64,000 nt of DNA from the human T2T-CHM13v2.0 reference genome, Homo sapiens. Below, piece after piece: positions 12,888 to 27,459 of the stretch (position 1 is its first letter; each line of letters starts with the position of its first letter). The notes under the pieces are model-generated. The model had not been told where the DNA came from, searched no databases, and saw only the letters and a program-made list of their open reading frames with translations. The stretch lies in the NCBI RefSeq assembly GCF_009914755.1, contig NC_060939.1; one strand, written 5' to 3'. A program made the position numbers and the translations under genes.

Positions 12888-13745
12888 GTCTATAGAATGG
12901 GGGCTATAAGCGTCATGTGTATATATCAGTTGTCAATTTAGAATTACCTGTTTGTTTGGCTCAGGTTTCTTCTGTTTATTGCTGCTTGTTAGGAAGAGAT
13001 ATCCCCTGCATTCCATAGATTGTGTGAACTGTCAACTGGAGAGGATGGGATACAATTTTCACAGGCCACTGGGCTCCTGGAAGCTCAGGCTATTTGACTT
13101 CGAAGAACTACACACAAGACCCTGATTAATAAATTTGTCAAGAGCTGCTCCTTTTTGTGACAATTCTAGCAGAGACTTCGGTGACAGCCGTCCACTTTTA
13201 TGGATTTTAACTGAGTAATTAATAGGATAACAGTTACAAGTGCAAGTTAAGTGCGTATTATTTCTCCTGGATTGGGTCATAAATAAGTAATATAGCTTTT
13301 GGAAGTGAATGGGAAGAGACGCTTGAAAAGAAAGACCTATTGGGAGCTGAATGAGGGAGTCCAGACTTAATTTGAAGCTCTACCTTCTCATTTTAGTGAA
13401 GCAAGCAGTTCCACAAGGGATAAGCCGAGACCGTAGCAGCTTCTGTTTCACTTTGTGCTTCAGCTATAGCCAAACATCGACAATGTACCAAATGGAGACA
13501 TTTTTGAAACTGTCCTCCTCTCACAGATATTAAAAGCAAAAACAACTCTTCAATATGCCAGAGGTAAGAAGAAAGGAGGAGCATCAGCAAAGACTGAGGA
13601 ATATTTTACAACACAGTTACACAGACTATTACACTTTTATCTTTTCCCAGATCCCCGGGCTGACTCCTGCCCCAACCACAAATTCCTGGGCTGCTCTAGG
13701 ATGTAGGGGCCACTCACCTGTTCCAAATCAATTCAGGGCCTCAGG

Positions 13746-14460
13746 GCCACATCACATCTTTTGTGGGCCCTGGGTGCTTTTGGCTTCACAAGCCCTTTCT
13801 CCATAATCAAAAAATAAGTAAAAACTACATTTTATGATATCGTTGGTATTAAGACAAATATAATCCAGGCTGGATTTCATCATTATGTATTCATTATTCT
13901 TACATTCATTTTTGTCCTTCTGATTTGAAAAGAAATGAAAATTAAAATAGTTTTGTTGGTCCCTAAAAGTCCTGTGGGCCTGTGGTCGTTTCCTACGACT
14001 GCTGGAACAAAGTTCCACTCACTGGTGGCTTACACAGAGGAAGCGCATTGTCTTACAGATCTGGAGGCTGGAAGGCCAAGATCAGGTTGCTGGCAGGGCC
14101 ATGCTTCCTTTGAAGGTGCTAGGGGAAAATCCATTCCAGTCCTCTGTCCTAGCTTCTCAAAGTCCTCTGTCTTGTGGCAACATAACTCTGATCTTCACAA
14201 AGCATTCTCCCTGTGTGCATCTGTCTTCAAATTTCCCCCTTTTATAAGGACACCAGTCATGTCCGATTAGGGGCCCACCCTACTCCATGATGACCTCATT
14301 TTAACTTAACTAATTGCTCGGAACAGCCTTATTTTTCAAATAAGGTCACATTCCAAGGTACTGGGGATTATGATTTCAAAATATAAGTTTTGAGGAGGGG
14401 GACACAGTCCAACCCATAACCCAGGGCTGTGGCCTTGTATCTAATGAAAAAGTCACTTCT
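13746..14460 (-). mobile_element. hAT-Tip100-type DNA transposon (MER96B-like), interrupted by MLT1
   Basis: cagggcc terminus, gggccc motifs, aatataatccaggctggatt; the remainder (ctaatgaaaaagtca) resumes after the LTR. Confidence 0.6.
13981..14420 (-). mobile_element. MLT1B/C (ERVL-MaLR) solo LTR
   Basis: ctggaggctggaaggccaagatcagg...ttataaggacaccagtcat...ggcccaccctactcc...ataaggtcacattc...aacccataac. Confidence 0.9.
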
Positions 14461-14571
14461 TTCAAGGACGTTCTCTGAGATTCTGAAGGCAACGTAGAAA
14501 CCCGGGGTCTTCAGTAGCATCAGAAATGTGATAAACACCCAGGGGTGGGGAGAGATACATTTTTGGTTTGG

Positions 14572-14863
14572 GGCTGGGCGCAGTGGCTCACATCTGTAAT
14601 CCCAGCACTTTGGGAGGCCCAGGTGGGTGGATCACTTGAACTCAGGCTTGAGACCAGCCTAGGCAACATGGCAAAATCCCATCTCTACAAGAAAACACAA
14701 AAATTAGCCAGGCGTGGTGGTGTACACCTGTGGTCCTGCTACTCGAGGGGCTGAGTAGGGAAGATCACTTGATCCCAGGAGGCAGAGGCTATGATGAGCC
14801 CTGATCACACCACTGCACTCCAGGCTGGGTAACACAGCAAGACCTTGTCGCAAAAAAAAAAAA
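14572..14863 (+). mobile_element. AluJ
   Basis: Dimeric Alu with A-tail; J-type divergence. Confidence 0.95.
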
Positions 14864-17369
14864 GTTTTTTTTAAAGGAAATACTTCACCACACTTCCAGG
14901 AAGATTTTGTGTGGACCAACTCAGTCTGGGGGAAGGTGAACTTCTCTCAATGCCCCACTTCATACAAGTGCCCTGCCTCGGGGACCTCCCAGTCTCTGAC
15001 TTAGGAGCAAACCTTCCTCCACCTTGAGCTTTTCATCCTGCACATTTACCGCTTGTCTCTGGGAGCTGAGCCCCACTAGGTATTGAGGAAGGAAACGATA
15101 TCTTTTTTTAAAGAAATCTGATTTTCATGGAGGCCATGTACTTCTCGTGCTCTTTTTCCCATGTTAACTTTAGCTTTTTTCCTCTCCTGAAAGAAACACT
15201 CAGCTTGCCCCTGGGTCTTAACTGACAATCCAAAACAGAGGAGGAAGAAAGAGAGGTTCCATCCAAAGAAAGAGATTTGTCCATCTCCCCTGGACACCAA
15301 CCTCTCTTCTCCTCACCTGACTCCTCTCTTCTATTAGAAAGGAGAGAAAGGGAGCGGGGGAAACTGGAAAGGGGACTTGAGATTATCACTCCCTTTTTTT
15401 TAGCTTCAGTTTTTTTTAAGTTACTATCAGTCCATGGCAACAAAGGCCTCTGAATTCTTTCTGTCTGTGGCTCAATGGTTTAATTATCAAAGGATTCTAT
15501 AAACCCCAACAACGTGTGGGCTACCCAGTTCGTTACCCCCCGCACTTCAGAAGAAAAATCACCTCACACAAAAACAGCCAAATAAAGTTGCACAGTCCGA
15601 GAAGGCCCATCAAGCGAGAACTGAAACAGTACATGAACTCTGCCTGTCCATTTAAATTGCAAAAGCTCCAGCTCATTCGCAGACACAGAATTCGGTCTGG
15701 CAAAACCATTCACAGTCCTGGATGTGAACTGGAGCCTACGACATTAAAGGCACCAAGGACAATGCCAGTGAGGCTGTGTCCAAAGCTGGACTATCTCCAT
15801 GAAATGGTTCTCTCTGAGCAGGCAGAGGTAAATAACAGTAATTCCTTCGAGAGTGTGCATGCCAGAAATGAAGAGCTTGAAGTTTATGTGGAGGAGCTGT
15901 TGAAACCACCCCAGGAAGACTTTTTCTCTCAGCACAAATTATAATAAAAAAATCTCAGTGGCACTCTGAGCTGTAAATCTCTTAGGTTAACTTTTAAAAA
16001 AATGTGACATTGTTAGGTACATACGCAGGACCAAATGAGGTATTTCTTTTAACTGTTCTGCTCTTCATAGAGCCTCTCTCTCTCTCTCACAGCTTTGGTG
16101 GTTTTATGACCATACTGAAGGAGCTAGCAGAATCCTGTTGCTACCAATAGAGGGTGGGTTGGTTAACCTAACAGACTGACCCAAAAGGTTGGGCAAACCC
16201 CAGTGAGAAAGCAGCTGTGGCACTTTTTGAGGCTGTGCAATTGGTTCACCTGTATTTCCTGTGTGGTGTTGAAACAATTGCAAAATATAAGCCTAGGCAT
16301 TCTTCTTGGGCAGTGGCAATGCTGTGGTTTAGAGTGAATGGACATCCCATGCTCCAAGTCAGTGATAAACCGCTTGAGTTATCCCCAAATCCTCTCCAAA
16401 TGCTTCAAGCAGCTAATGTTACAACACTGACCATTAACAAATAATGTGGGACAGGAAGAGAAAGTTCAGTGAACCAATGACTCAAATTCAATTCCCAGCC
16501 AGAAACTTCATGGTGCACAGAGGACAGTGTCCTAAGGAACAGTGGCTCTTGCTTAATATGACCTTCAGGCTTTCTTTACCTTGCAGGGGCTGCGTGCGCT
16601 CCCAGGCTTCTCCTTCCCTCAAAGGAGAAAGACTGTTTACTCTGTTCATATGATCTCTGATGATAAGAGACTCAACAGGCCATGGGCTTCAGGGGTTCTT
16701 TCTTGATGCTATGAAAACCAAGATCAGGGGAAAGTGAGATGGGTCTATGCCTCCTTGGGTAAGAGCTTCTAGAGAATGGAATAAAGCAGAGGATAGGGTC
16801 AGACAGACTGAAAATTCTCAGAGGGTTGTGTTCCAGGGCAGAGACTGCTGTTGGCTCCTCCCTGTCTGGCCCTGGAAATGTAGAGGTTTACACCTGGGCC
16901 ATTAGTAAATGCCCCATAATTCCTCATAGCAGATCTAGTTCCCCAACCTTACTGCAGAGGCATGGGAGCCGCACCTCATTGGCCTAATGGACTCCAGGGA
17001 GTTGGTCAAGGAGGTGCAGCCCTCTCCCTGGAAATTTAGAGTCTCAGGGAACTTCTCACTGTCTTCATCTCTTCATTATTCAAGTGGGAGGCCTCAACAA
17101 CCTTGTCTTCTTTCCACACTTCCTGCATGGCCGCATGGCCACAGCTGATCCCCTCACTCGCCTCAAACCAACCGTGCAAATCTCCTTGGGAAGCAACATG
17201 CCACTCCCTGCCAAGCCTCCTCTGGACAGCGCCTGCGAGTTCCTTCCCTCTCCACTGGACAAAAGTTTCTCTCACAGCATTTCTGTAACTTCTGAAACCC
17301 AACCTCCTCCAAGAAGCCATTCTAGATTGATTAGAGAGAAATGCAAATAATTCCTGTGACTACAACTGG

Positions 17370-17422
17370 AGATATATCTATATCTATCTATATGTATAGA
17401 TAGATATATATGTGTATGTATT
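17370..17422. repeat. (TA)/(TATC)/(TAGA) low-complexity repeat
   Basis: Directly visible. Confidence 0.8.
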
Positions 17423-17639
17423 GGGAGTTATTATCTTCAACAGCCACCAAGTTTCTTGGTGTCTCCTCACTGTCATCCACATTGAATGCTGTTATTCTTT
17501 TAAAAAGTGAAAATAACTTCAATGTTTGAGTGATTATAAAAATGTTATATGCTCACTTAAACAGGTAGATATGTAAGGGCAGAAATCTATTCAGAAGAAT
17601 GTGAAAATCACACAAACCCCACTACACACAGAGTAAACT

Positions 17640-18246
17640 TTTCTTTATCTGAGAGGTAAAAATGGTATGTGTCTATGGTGTACAACATATTTTGATATAT
17701 GTATACACAGTCGAATGGCAAAATCACAGCAAGCTGTTTAATATGCATTACCTCACAGACATCATTTTTGTGATGAGAATTCTTAAAATTTCTGATGGCA
17801 ATTTGTAAGTATTTATTATTATTAATTGTGGTCACTACGATGTTCAATAGATCTCTTGAACTTATTCCTCCCGTCTAATTGAAATTCTATGTCCTTTGAT
17901 CAATGTCTCCTTGATCCCCCCAAGCCTCAGTCTTTGCTAACACTATTCTCCTCTTTGCTTCTATGAGTTTGACTTTTTAAGATTCCACATATAAGTGAGA
18001 TCATGTAGTATTTGTCTTTCTGTGCCTAGCTCATTATTTCACTAATGTAATGTCCTCTAGGTCCATCCATGTTGTTGCAAATGACCATGACTTCCTTCTT
18101 TTTAAAGTGGAATAAATAGCATTCCATTGTATATTGTGTATATATACCACCTTATCTTTCTCCAGTCATTATTTGATGGACACTTAGGTTGATTTCATAT
18201 CTTGACTATTGTGAATAATTCTGCAATGAAAATGGGGAGGCAGATA
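17640..18246 (-). mobile_element. L1MA (MA7-9-like) 3' fragment
   Basis: atatgcattacctcac...aatagatctcttgaacttattcctc...gattccacatataagtgagatcatg...gatggacacttaggttgatttcatatcttg. Confidence 0.9.
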
Positions 18247-18283
18247 CACAGAAACAAGTTATATGATATCCCTATTTATGTAA

Positions 18284-18595
<312 letters not shown>

Positions 18596-19744
18596 TGTAA
18601 ATGCATTGACTCATGACTGATACTGGTTCTATGATGCTGGCAAAAATTAAACTTAGGCTAATTTCCATAGCAAAGGTTAAGTAGCTACTTATTAATTGGC
18701 CCTGTTTACATGCCTACCATGAAAGAATTATTTTTAGGCTTAAGTGGAAACCTTAAGCTTGACTAAGACCATCATAAGAAAACAGTGAATAGCATATCTA
18801 CTTGAAGTGGAAGATGAGTGAGCTTCAATCCCATTGTCACTCTGCTATAGACACTGATAAGTCTTATAAAGGCAGAAAACACTAGTTTGAGTGAAAGAAT
18901 GACTGAGGTTGACAAAAGAAGTATCCACAAGGCATGGTGAGTGGATCTGCCAATCTCTCTGCCCATCTCCAGACAGTATGACTCTGATTCTAAGCCCAAA
19001 TTTAGTGGGAGGCTCTGCCGCCACATCTTATGTGCTGCTGGGCTTGGTGAAGGTTAGCAGTCACTGTCTCTGTTACATGCATATGTGACAAGGAAAAAGT
19101 GATTTACAGCTTCTCTTTCCCTCTTGTCTTCTAGGGAGAAGAGAACTTCCGTCCAATTTTATCCTGGGCCTTATTTTTCCAATCAGAGTCATGGAATGGG
19201 GATGAAGGAGAAGAATAAAAAGAAGCAAGACCATTTGGTTGGTTTCCATTGGAGAAACCAGACTCACAGGAGGGGAAATGCTAGATCTGTAAGATAAGGG
19301 GTGGGTGAGAAAAATATAAGAATCAGAAAGCACTAGGGTTGAAAAAAAAAAGTTCTGGGAAACTTCCTTTTTTTTTTTTTGAGAAGGAGGAGTGATTAAG
19401 GCAGCTGTCATATTATGATAGGTGGAATTTTGAGGAGATAGATAGATAAAGAGATTTTTCAGAAAATCTGCCGTAAGCTGTGGATGGAACTCTTCCTTTA
19501 GCATTTTCTGAAAGACTGTAATAAAGATATACGTTGCTTTTAAATTATTTTTGAAAACCAATGTGTGCTTCTTTGGGAATGACACTGTGCTGACACGGGG
19601 GACATGAGGCAGCTCCATTTCATACAAATTAGATAGAAACAGCTGTGTCGTTTGCTTAGGGCTCTCAGTTTCCAGAGGACAGACTCCCATACCCATGTAG
19701 CTGATTCGGTTATATCCAGGGAGGCATCTTGCCATAGTTACAAA

Positions 19745-19962
19745 AGCTCTGAAGTAGGAACCTGAAGACCTGCATTTGAGTCCTGGTTCTCCCTCTTACC
19801 AGCTGTGTGGCCCAGGACATGTCACTTACGCTCCCTGAGTTCAGTGTCCTCACCAGCAAACTGGGGGGCAAGAATGGTGCTATGTGCCTGCACCCTGGAC
19901 TTCCATGAGAATCAAGTAAGATAAGGGTATGCCAGCTTGCTCTGAGGACTGTGAAGAGCCAC
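19745..19962 (+). mobile_element. MIR (MIRc/MIR3-like)
   Basis: gacctgcatttgagtcctggttct...accagctgtgtgg...gtcacttac.ctccctgag. Confidence 0.7.
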
Positions 19963-22900
19963 CCAAATCATTACTGAGGAAGGCCCCTTGGACAGCATGA
20001 TATTCAGCAACTTACTGTCCTGGTGATAACAATGGTGGCTGTGATGGTTCTGAGACTGATTCTGCCCAGGGCCATTAACAATTCTCCTCTACTCCTTCCT
20101 GGTATCTTCTCTGAGTCGGGAGCCAGGGAGGAATAAACTCAGTCCTAGGAAACCTACTGGGAACTGGACAATTTCCCCACCTCATTTCACCCGGGGCCTC
20201 CACCACTGATTAAATGGAAATGCTGGAGGGCATGATGGGCCCAGGCCAGGATTCTCTTGAATCCAGCCTATGCCTGGCCACCGCGCCCTGTGCTGATGGT
20301 GACTTCACCCGCTGGCTCCCATCTCAATGGACGGCTCTTTCTGAAAGGCCATTTTGTGACTCGTCTTGGGAGTGCTTCATTCATGCTGGCTGAAGTTCTT
20401 TGCTCAAAATTAACTCTACTCAGCCCAAAGCAGCCAAAAAGAAACCGAATGAGACAGCAGGGAGTGAAGACCTCGCACACTCTAAATTTGCTTCCAGGGG
20501 AGTTTTCTCTGCTTTCCAGGATTCCAGCAGAATCTCATCCAACCTCAGAGGCAACGGCTAGGCTGAAGCCAAGAGCCCACCTTCTGTGAAGTCCTCTCCC
20601 CATACGTTCCCGTCACTCCCAGGATCCGCATCTTCCTGTGCAAAAGTCATCAGACACATGTCCGGGTAGCTACCTGCTGCCTCAGAAGCAGATCTTTTCT
20701 TTTTGTTTTTAGTTGCTGAGACCAAAAACTTGGCCGATTCTGTCTCTGGTCTGAGGCAAGAGTCCTTGCATCTGATTTTCCTAAGAGGCAGCCCAGAGGC
20801 TGGTCAATAAGGAGCTGGCCTGCTTTCCTTGGCCTCGGCATGGCCAGAGAGGCCAGGGCCCAAAGCAGCACCAGGATCTTGAACTAAGACACAGGCAACT
20901 CATTTCACTTTCCTGGCCGCCTCAACACATCTGTCTTGTTGGCCTGTGTCTAAACCTCTTGAGCGATTCCAGCTGCTGAGCCATGCCTGTAGACATGGCG
21001 ACATTTGGTTTCTGTTAAAACAGAACAGGTCAGTGTGTTCACCTGCTTCATTTTTTTCCCTCCTGCACAAGGACAGGGACAGAGGCAGCCAAAAACTGAT
21101 GCTGCTGATTTGGAGATCTCCCATTCTGTTTCAGTGACCTCATGCCTTGGACTGGATGCCGCTGGGTCTTTTAAAGCCGCTTAATTTCCTGTGTATTTCC
21201 AGCACTCAGCCAAAAAGAATGTACACTATGAAAAAAATGTCTACTACCCCTCAATTGCAGACCCTCTGGAAAAAAATATCTGGAAGGCTTTTAAATAAAA
21301 GAAATAATTACAACCTGCTGAGTGCCTTACAGAATCCATGAAACTCGACCTTTTCCAAAATATCATAGTATTTCCTGTGGCTTCTGTAGGCTAAGCCTTC
21401 GTGGATTTATAAGTATGTGTCCAACACAGTCTCTGGGCTCCATTTTTTAAAATCCAAAAGTCAGAGTTGAAAAGCACAAATCCATACTCTTGGAAGACAG
21501 CATCCCAAAAGGTGTTAAGTTAAAACCCAGCTGTAAAAATATAGGCTGCCAGCTGTCAGGGGTGGTGGGCCATGTGCATTTTTTTTTTAATTTAATGAAT
21601 GGAGGTTTGATCTTCCAGCTTGCTGCCCAGTTGCAGCTTTTCAGATGCTGAACATGTCAGGTATGCCCTGCAGGTGTGTATAGTCACCGCTTACAACTAC
21701 ATGGTGGGTGGAGAGTGGTTTATGAGCCCTGAGATTCATAAATTCTAGTCTTTAGAACTCGCAATATAAGGATGGTTAAAAATTGGAAAGGGAGAGAAAA
21801 AAAAACATTCTGACCTTCAACTACCTGTGATCAATGATGCAGACTCCTGGTAGCCGGTCCCAAGAGAAAACTGAAACCTTTGAAAGACAAACCCAAGGAG
21901 ACAGAAGTTTCTATTAACTTTCCAGAAGAGGTAAAGATTCTAAGCCTGGGTTCACTGTACATGACTGTGTCTTGCTATGACTGTGTGTGGACAGACAAGA
22001 TGAACTAGAGGGTGTACAATTACATGGATACTTCGTCTTGCATAGACCACCTCAAATATGTGGTCATAAAAAATATCTTTCCCTAGGTGTTTTTGAAAAA
22101 TAATTCAGATTATTATTTCAACTTCATGCTGTAGGTTGCCTGCCTTAGTTAAACCTGAGGAACTAGGGACTTCATTTCCAGTGGGGAAGAGTCGAATTCC
22201 ATATCAAATTACTCTGAATAAAATAGTGAGTAGAAACTCACCGATCGACTCTAGTTAGTGTCAGCCTCAGGCTGAATTGGGAACTGATTACCATTTGTGT
22301 TCACAGTCTTCTGCCCTCCCCTTTTGTTCCTCTTAACCCCCAATGTTAGAGACCCTCTATTAAAGCTTGGCAGCACCCCAGGCTGGGGAATATCCCCCTG
22401 CTCAATCTCTTCTCTAAGAAACCAATAAAGTGATTTTGGTTAAGGTGAGAACAGCTAAGTATGGCCCACCTCCCAGATAACAGCAATGTTTTAATCCTTA
22501 AGGGAGAGTTCAAAAAAAGTCAAAATTCTTAGAAACAAGGCAAGCTGGTGAGGAAGATCTTTTTAACTGGGAGATGGGCATGTTCAATGCTTCTTATCCA
22601 CCAGCTTCAAGGGAGTATGAGAACACTGCCTGAGAGATGGGAGTGTACAGATGAACTTGATTTACTCCATAAATCAAGGGTAGGGTTCGAGTGACTGGAA
22701 GTAGAGCAAAGATATCGAAACAGATTTTTTAAAATTGGCATCTCTTTACTTAGCCTCGATCTATTAAATAGAAGAATACATACAAATATTTTTATACAGA
22801 AAGAAAAATTCTAACATGCTCCAATCACCTGCCAGAGACACTTTATAAACTTACTACCATTTGGACTTGCTTCCACCATTTCAGAATTTCAGAATAGGTG

Positions 22901-23859
22901 AGGCTTTCCCATGTGGACCACAAGAATGACTACTGTGCACAAGGAGAGGCGGTTTTGAGATGCACAGTATGTGATTGCTGGAGGACACAAGCAAGGCAAG
23001 GAGCAGAATATGCAAACAGGCCATGGTAAGCTCTCAGATGAATTGTCTTGGGCTCCCAGTTAAGCTACAAATCTAGTAGGTAGAACCTTTCTTGTTTCTA
23101 CGCCTCTCTTTTAGGGATCTAATTCTTAGTAAAGCAACTCAGAAAGAAAAAAAATAATAATGCTTCTTTGTTTCTAGGACTTGGCCTTTTGTTTTATAAT
23201 TAATATAGATTCCCACCCAATGCATAAATGTTTAAAGCATCATTTATATTGCATTGCCCACTTGTTAAAGTTTAAAATGTTGCAAATGGCCAAGAGTCTG
23301 TGCTTCAGTTACAAGCAAACTTGCTCGCCCCATGGTCTTAATCTCCAGCAAACAGTGGCATAAATGAACCTCTGGGTCAACTTTGTGTTTGCTGCACATC
23401 CTTTGCCATTATAAAATAAGATGAAAAGATTTGCTTTTAAGTCAAAGCCTAATTTAAAATATTTTAAGTATGGACATAAATGCGCTGGCCTAAAATGTGT
23501 GTGTTTGCACATGTGTGCACATCTATATCATATAGTTTACATAGAAATGGATGAAAAAAGTAGTCCTAAGCCAATACTGATATAATTAGCGAAAAAAAAA
23601 AAAAAAACACACACATAAGGAGACATAAATTAGTGCCTTCAGACATAGGGATTATTTTGTTAACAAGGGAATGGGTCCAGAGATTGAACCATCTGCATTC
23701 AAATAAAGTAAGAGGTTCCTCCTCACGTGGTTCTTATATATGTTAATGTTTCACACTTCTTTGACTTATATGTCAACTCACAGGTGGATTGTGCAGTGGC
23801 TTCAAATTAAGGCAGCCTCTTAGTCAACTTGTCCTGAGCTGGGTTCTTAACTAGGTTCC

Positions 23860-23881
23860 TGACCTTATGACCTTATGACCA
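23860..23881 (-). promoter_or_regulatory. Triple nuclear-receptor half-site array (DR2 x2)
   Basis: TGACCT-TA-TGACCT-TA-TGACCA; minus strand contains a perfect AGGTCA-N2-AGGTCA. Confidence 0.4.
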
Positions 23882-24274
23882 ACACAGCTCCTGGTTCAGT
23901 AACTGAGTCCTTGTTCAGTTCTATCCTGGTTCTCCTTCTAGGCCTCCCAGGTCTCAGCCTGGTTTCTTTGAATCCCACTCTTACCACCCTAATTTTTAGG
24001 CAGTATGGATTTCCATTACAGGGTTATAATGCAGGAAGCATGGCATTGATAACGGGAAGTTGGGGTATGTTTCAGCAACACCTCCCTGTTTAAGGGGGAG
24101 ATCAGTCTGCACTAGTGGGAGTGTTTGTATTCTAGAATATTTTTAAAAGAGGAAGCTCGAGTGTTTTCCAGTACACGGAGGAACTCTAGATAGCTGTGAA
24201 GGAGTTTCCCGGTTACCTTAATCAATGTATAAGTGATTGTCAATATTTTGTATAATAGATAATTATAAATTTTA

Positions 24275-24425
24275 GTAAATATAAGAATCACCCCGGGAGC
24301 TTGTTAAAATGCACATTCCTAGAGTCCATCCCCAGGGATCCTGATTCAGAAGTCGTGGGGTGTAGTTTATGAGCTGTGGTCTTTCCCCCTATTCTCTCTT
24401 GGATGGAATTTTGAGAAACATGGCT
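24275..24425. mobile_element. MER5B/MER5A-like fragment
   Basis: agaatcaccccgggagcttgttaaaatgcacattcc...ctgattcagaagtc...tttgagaaaca. Confidence 0.7.
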
Positions 24426-25025
24426 CTATGCCTTCATTGAACAACACCCACCTATAAATTACAAATTTTAATTTCATACAGACTATTATTGTTATAAAAA
24501 TATTTACTGTCTTTAAAAGTTTAGTACATCCCTTACAATCTCACTTGCACCATTAATTCTTCCAGTAAATTATTTCTCTAAAACATAGATGTAAAACTTA
24601 ACGTAGCCTGATCCAGATTGAATTACTGCAAATTGCTCTAAGCAGGGATGAAATGTAAATTAATGGGATTTCTGTAAATGCTTATTTTTTTCTAAATAAT
24701 ATTCTATGGTGGTGAGTTATGATATGTAGTCAAATATTGAACTGTTTTAGCTATTTTAGGAGATTAATTTACACTAGCTAAGAGAGGGAGAATAAGTTGA
24801 TGATCAATTTAAGTAACCCTTACATTAATGGACTAAACTTTGTGGGAAAAAGTAAATGCAAACCAGAATTGCCCAGGTAAATGTTGCAGGCTGTCTGTTA
24901 GCACACTTAGACACTGTCTCCTTTTACCAGGGGATATGATGGAGAGAAAATCTGTTCCCTGATTTTAGGCACCTAAAGATCTAAATCTAAATAACAAAAA
25001 CAATAACGATAATAGCTAATATTAG

Positions 25026-25522
<497 letters not shown>

Positions 25523-26699
25523 GGAGACCCAGGTCATATCTACAGCTGAGAAAGGACTCACTCTCCACCATGCCACTGGTCTCCTCAATCAGTATTTCCT
25601 TTGTTTTAGGCATAAACTAGCTAGCTAAAACCTGCAGTTTGAAAAGTTCATGTCAAATGAAGTGACATACAGAGAACAATTGTGCAGATAATTTTCTTTA
25701 GAAAACAGAAGCAGAGAAAGAATCCCTTTTAAAATTTCAGTTTCAATATATTTTTGCAAGCATATTTTTGTCCCAGATGCTACCGTGTTCAACCTTGTCT
25801 GAGTCTGGTGACCAAACCTCAGTGAGCGTTCTGTCCAGGTATAGCAGCTGTTTTGGGCAGCCTAATAATTAGGCTCTCTATGTATATAATCTTTCAAGGA
25901 GAGAGGACATCAAACTGAGATTAGATTAGAGGAAAAAGAGCAAAAGAGGACCATGGATAGTAATCTATTCCCTTTTGTGATCAGCATGTAGAAAACAGTT
26001 TCAGAAATGTATTTTCATTTTTCACTTAAAAAATATTTGTATTTTACCTTCAGGGAAGGTATTCAGTATTCTAGCAGTTGCTTCAGAAAGAGGGAATTGG
26101 CTGGCACTGTGCCATGCATGCTTCATAGACAAAGCCACCTAGGTCCATAAACACAGTCATCTGAGGGGCGAAGGGCAGGGAAGGATTCAAGCACCTTAGT
26201 TCCAACTCCAGGTTGGATGTCCCTCTCGTTACCCCACGGTAAAAGGATTATTTCACTCCACTGTGAGGACTTGGCTGGCAGAAGGCATTTTCAGGCAGGC
26301 AGTGAGGAGAGCAGGGAAGAAAGGCAGGTGGGGAGCAGAATCCAAGACAGTGCAGAGGGCCTGGGAGACCAGGAGAACAGGGACAGCCCACAGTCAGAGG
26401 CCCTAAGGAGTATGTCTCCTAAGAGCCTTCAGCTGAATGTCCTTTCCCTCCCCATGGCGGGGCATCTCTCTCTACAACCTGTCCATGGTTCACTTTGTTC
26501 TGCCTCCTTCAACAGTGATTCTAACCCTGTTGTCATGTATTGATTACTTATGGCAAATAACATCAGGAGGAATTGGCAGTTGCGTGAAGATCAGTGGTGG
26601 GAATAAGAAGTGGGACTAGCAGGAAACGGATCACCATCATTAGTATCATTATTATTTAATTAAGCTTTGCTATTACAACAATAAATAATAACAATGAGA

Positions 26700-26950
26700 A
26701 TAATAATAATGACGATAAGCTAGCATTTAGTAGACCAGGCGCTATGCCAATCATTGAAAATATGCATGTTTATTTAACCCTCAGGCTATTTTGATCAGTA
26801 TTTTCTTTATCCCACTTTACAAATGATGTTGAGGTGTAAAGAGATAAGTACCTTGACCAAGGTCCTGGGCAGCTGAGTGGTAGTGCTGGGGCCCAGATCC
26901 CAAATTCTGACTGCAGACTCTGACTCCAGCACCTGCTTTCTTGACCACTG
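26700..26950 (-). mobile_element. MIR
   Basis: atcccactttacaaatga...aagtaccttgaccaaggtc...tctgactcc. Confidence 0.75.
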
Positions 26951-27015
26951 CGGGCCTGGCTTTCACAGGTGTTACCTTCCTGCATCCTCTCGGCACCAGG
27001 TTGAGCTTGGTGTCG

Positions 27016-27143
27016 CTATCCCTTCTTATAGATGAAGAAACTGAGGCTCAGAAACAGTAAACAATCTGCCCAGGGAGGAGGAACAGAGCTGAGGAACAAA
27101 AACAGGCCTCTAAGCTCCTCTACCAAAACTGCATAGACCACTC
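27016..27143 (-). mobile_element. MIR core fragment
   Basis: atagatgaagaaactgaggctcaga. Confidence 0.7.
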
Positions 27144-27459
27144 TGTAAAACACTCCAAGTAAGGATGGGACTTTATTTCTCACCCCTATGACTCCATGTC
27201 TAGGTAGAAGCAGAAGAGTTTGGGAAGAGATCCGACAACATGTGTGAGGAGATAGGGAAGCTGTATGCATTTAACCTATCTCCAGGGTCCCCATCACTTG
27301 AGAGAAGGGCCATCAATAAGGAGGTGGAGAAGGATCATCCGAGCTAGGCTGAGTCTTCTTTGACTTGCTAAAAAAAAAATGGGGAGGGAGAAGGCAATGG
27401 GCTAGTATGGGAAAGAATAAAGAAGAGAGAGGGCAGACATCAGGAAAGAACATCAGGCA

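Noticed and set aside
14545-14919. Alu-derived ORFs (also 18202, 25151, 45821, 57205-57601)
   Set aside because: Translations of Alu sequence
17224-17233. GGACAGCGCC REST right half-site (and TCAGCACCACGG left half at 63957-63968)
   Set aside because: Each lacks its partner half; not a full RE1
19073-19735. 220-aa ORF, the longest in the track
   Set aside because: Runs through A/T homopolymers; no homology recognised; expected by chance in 64 kb
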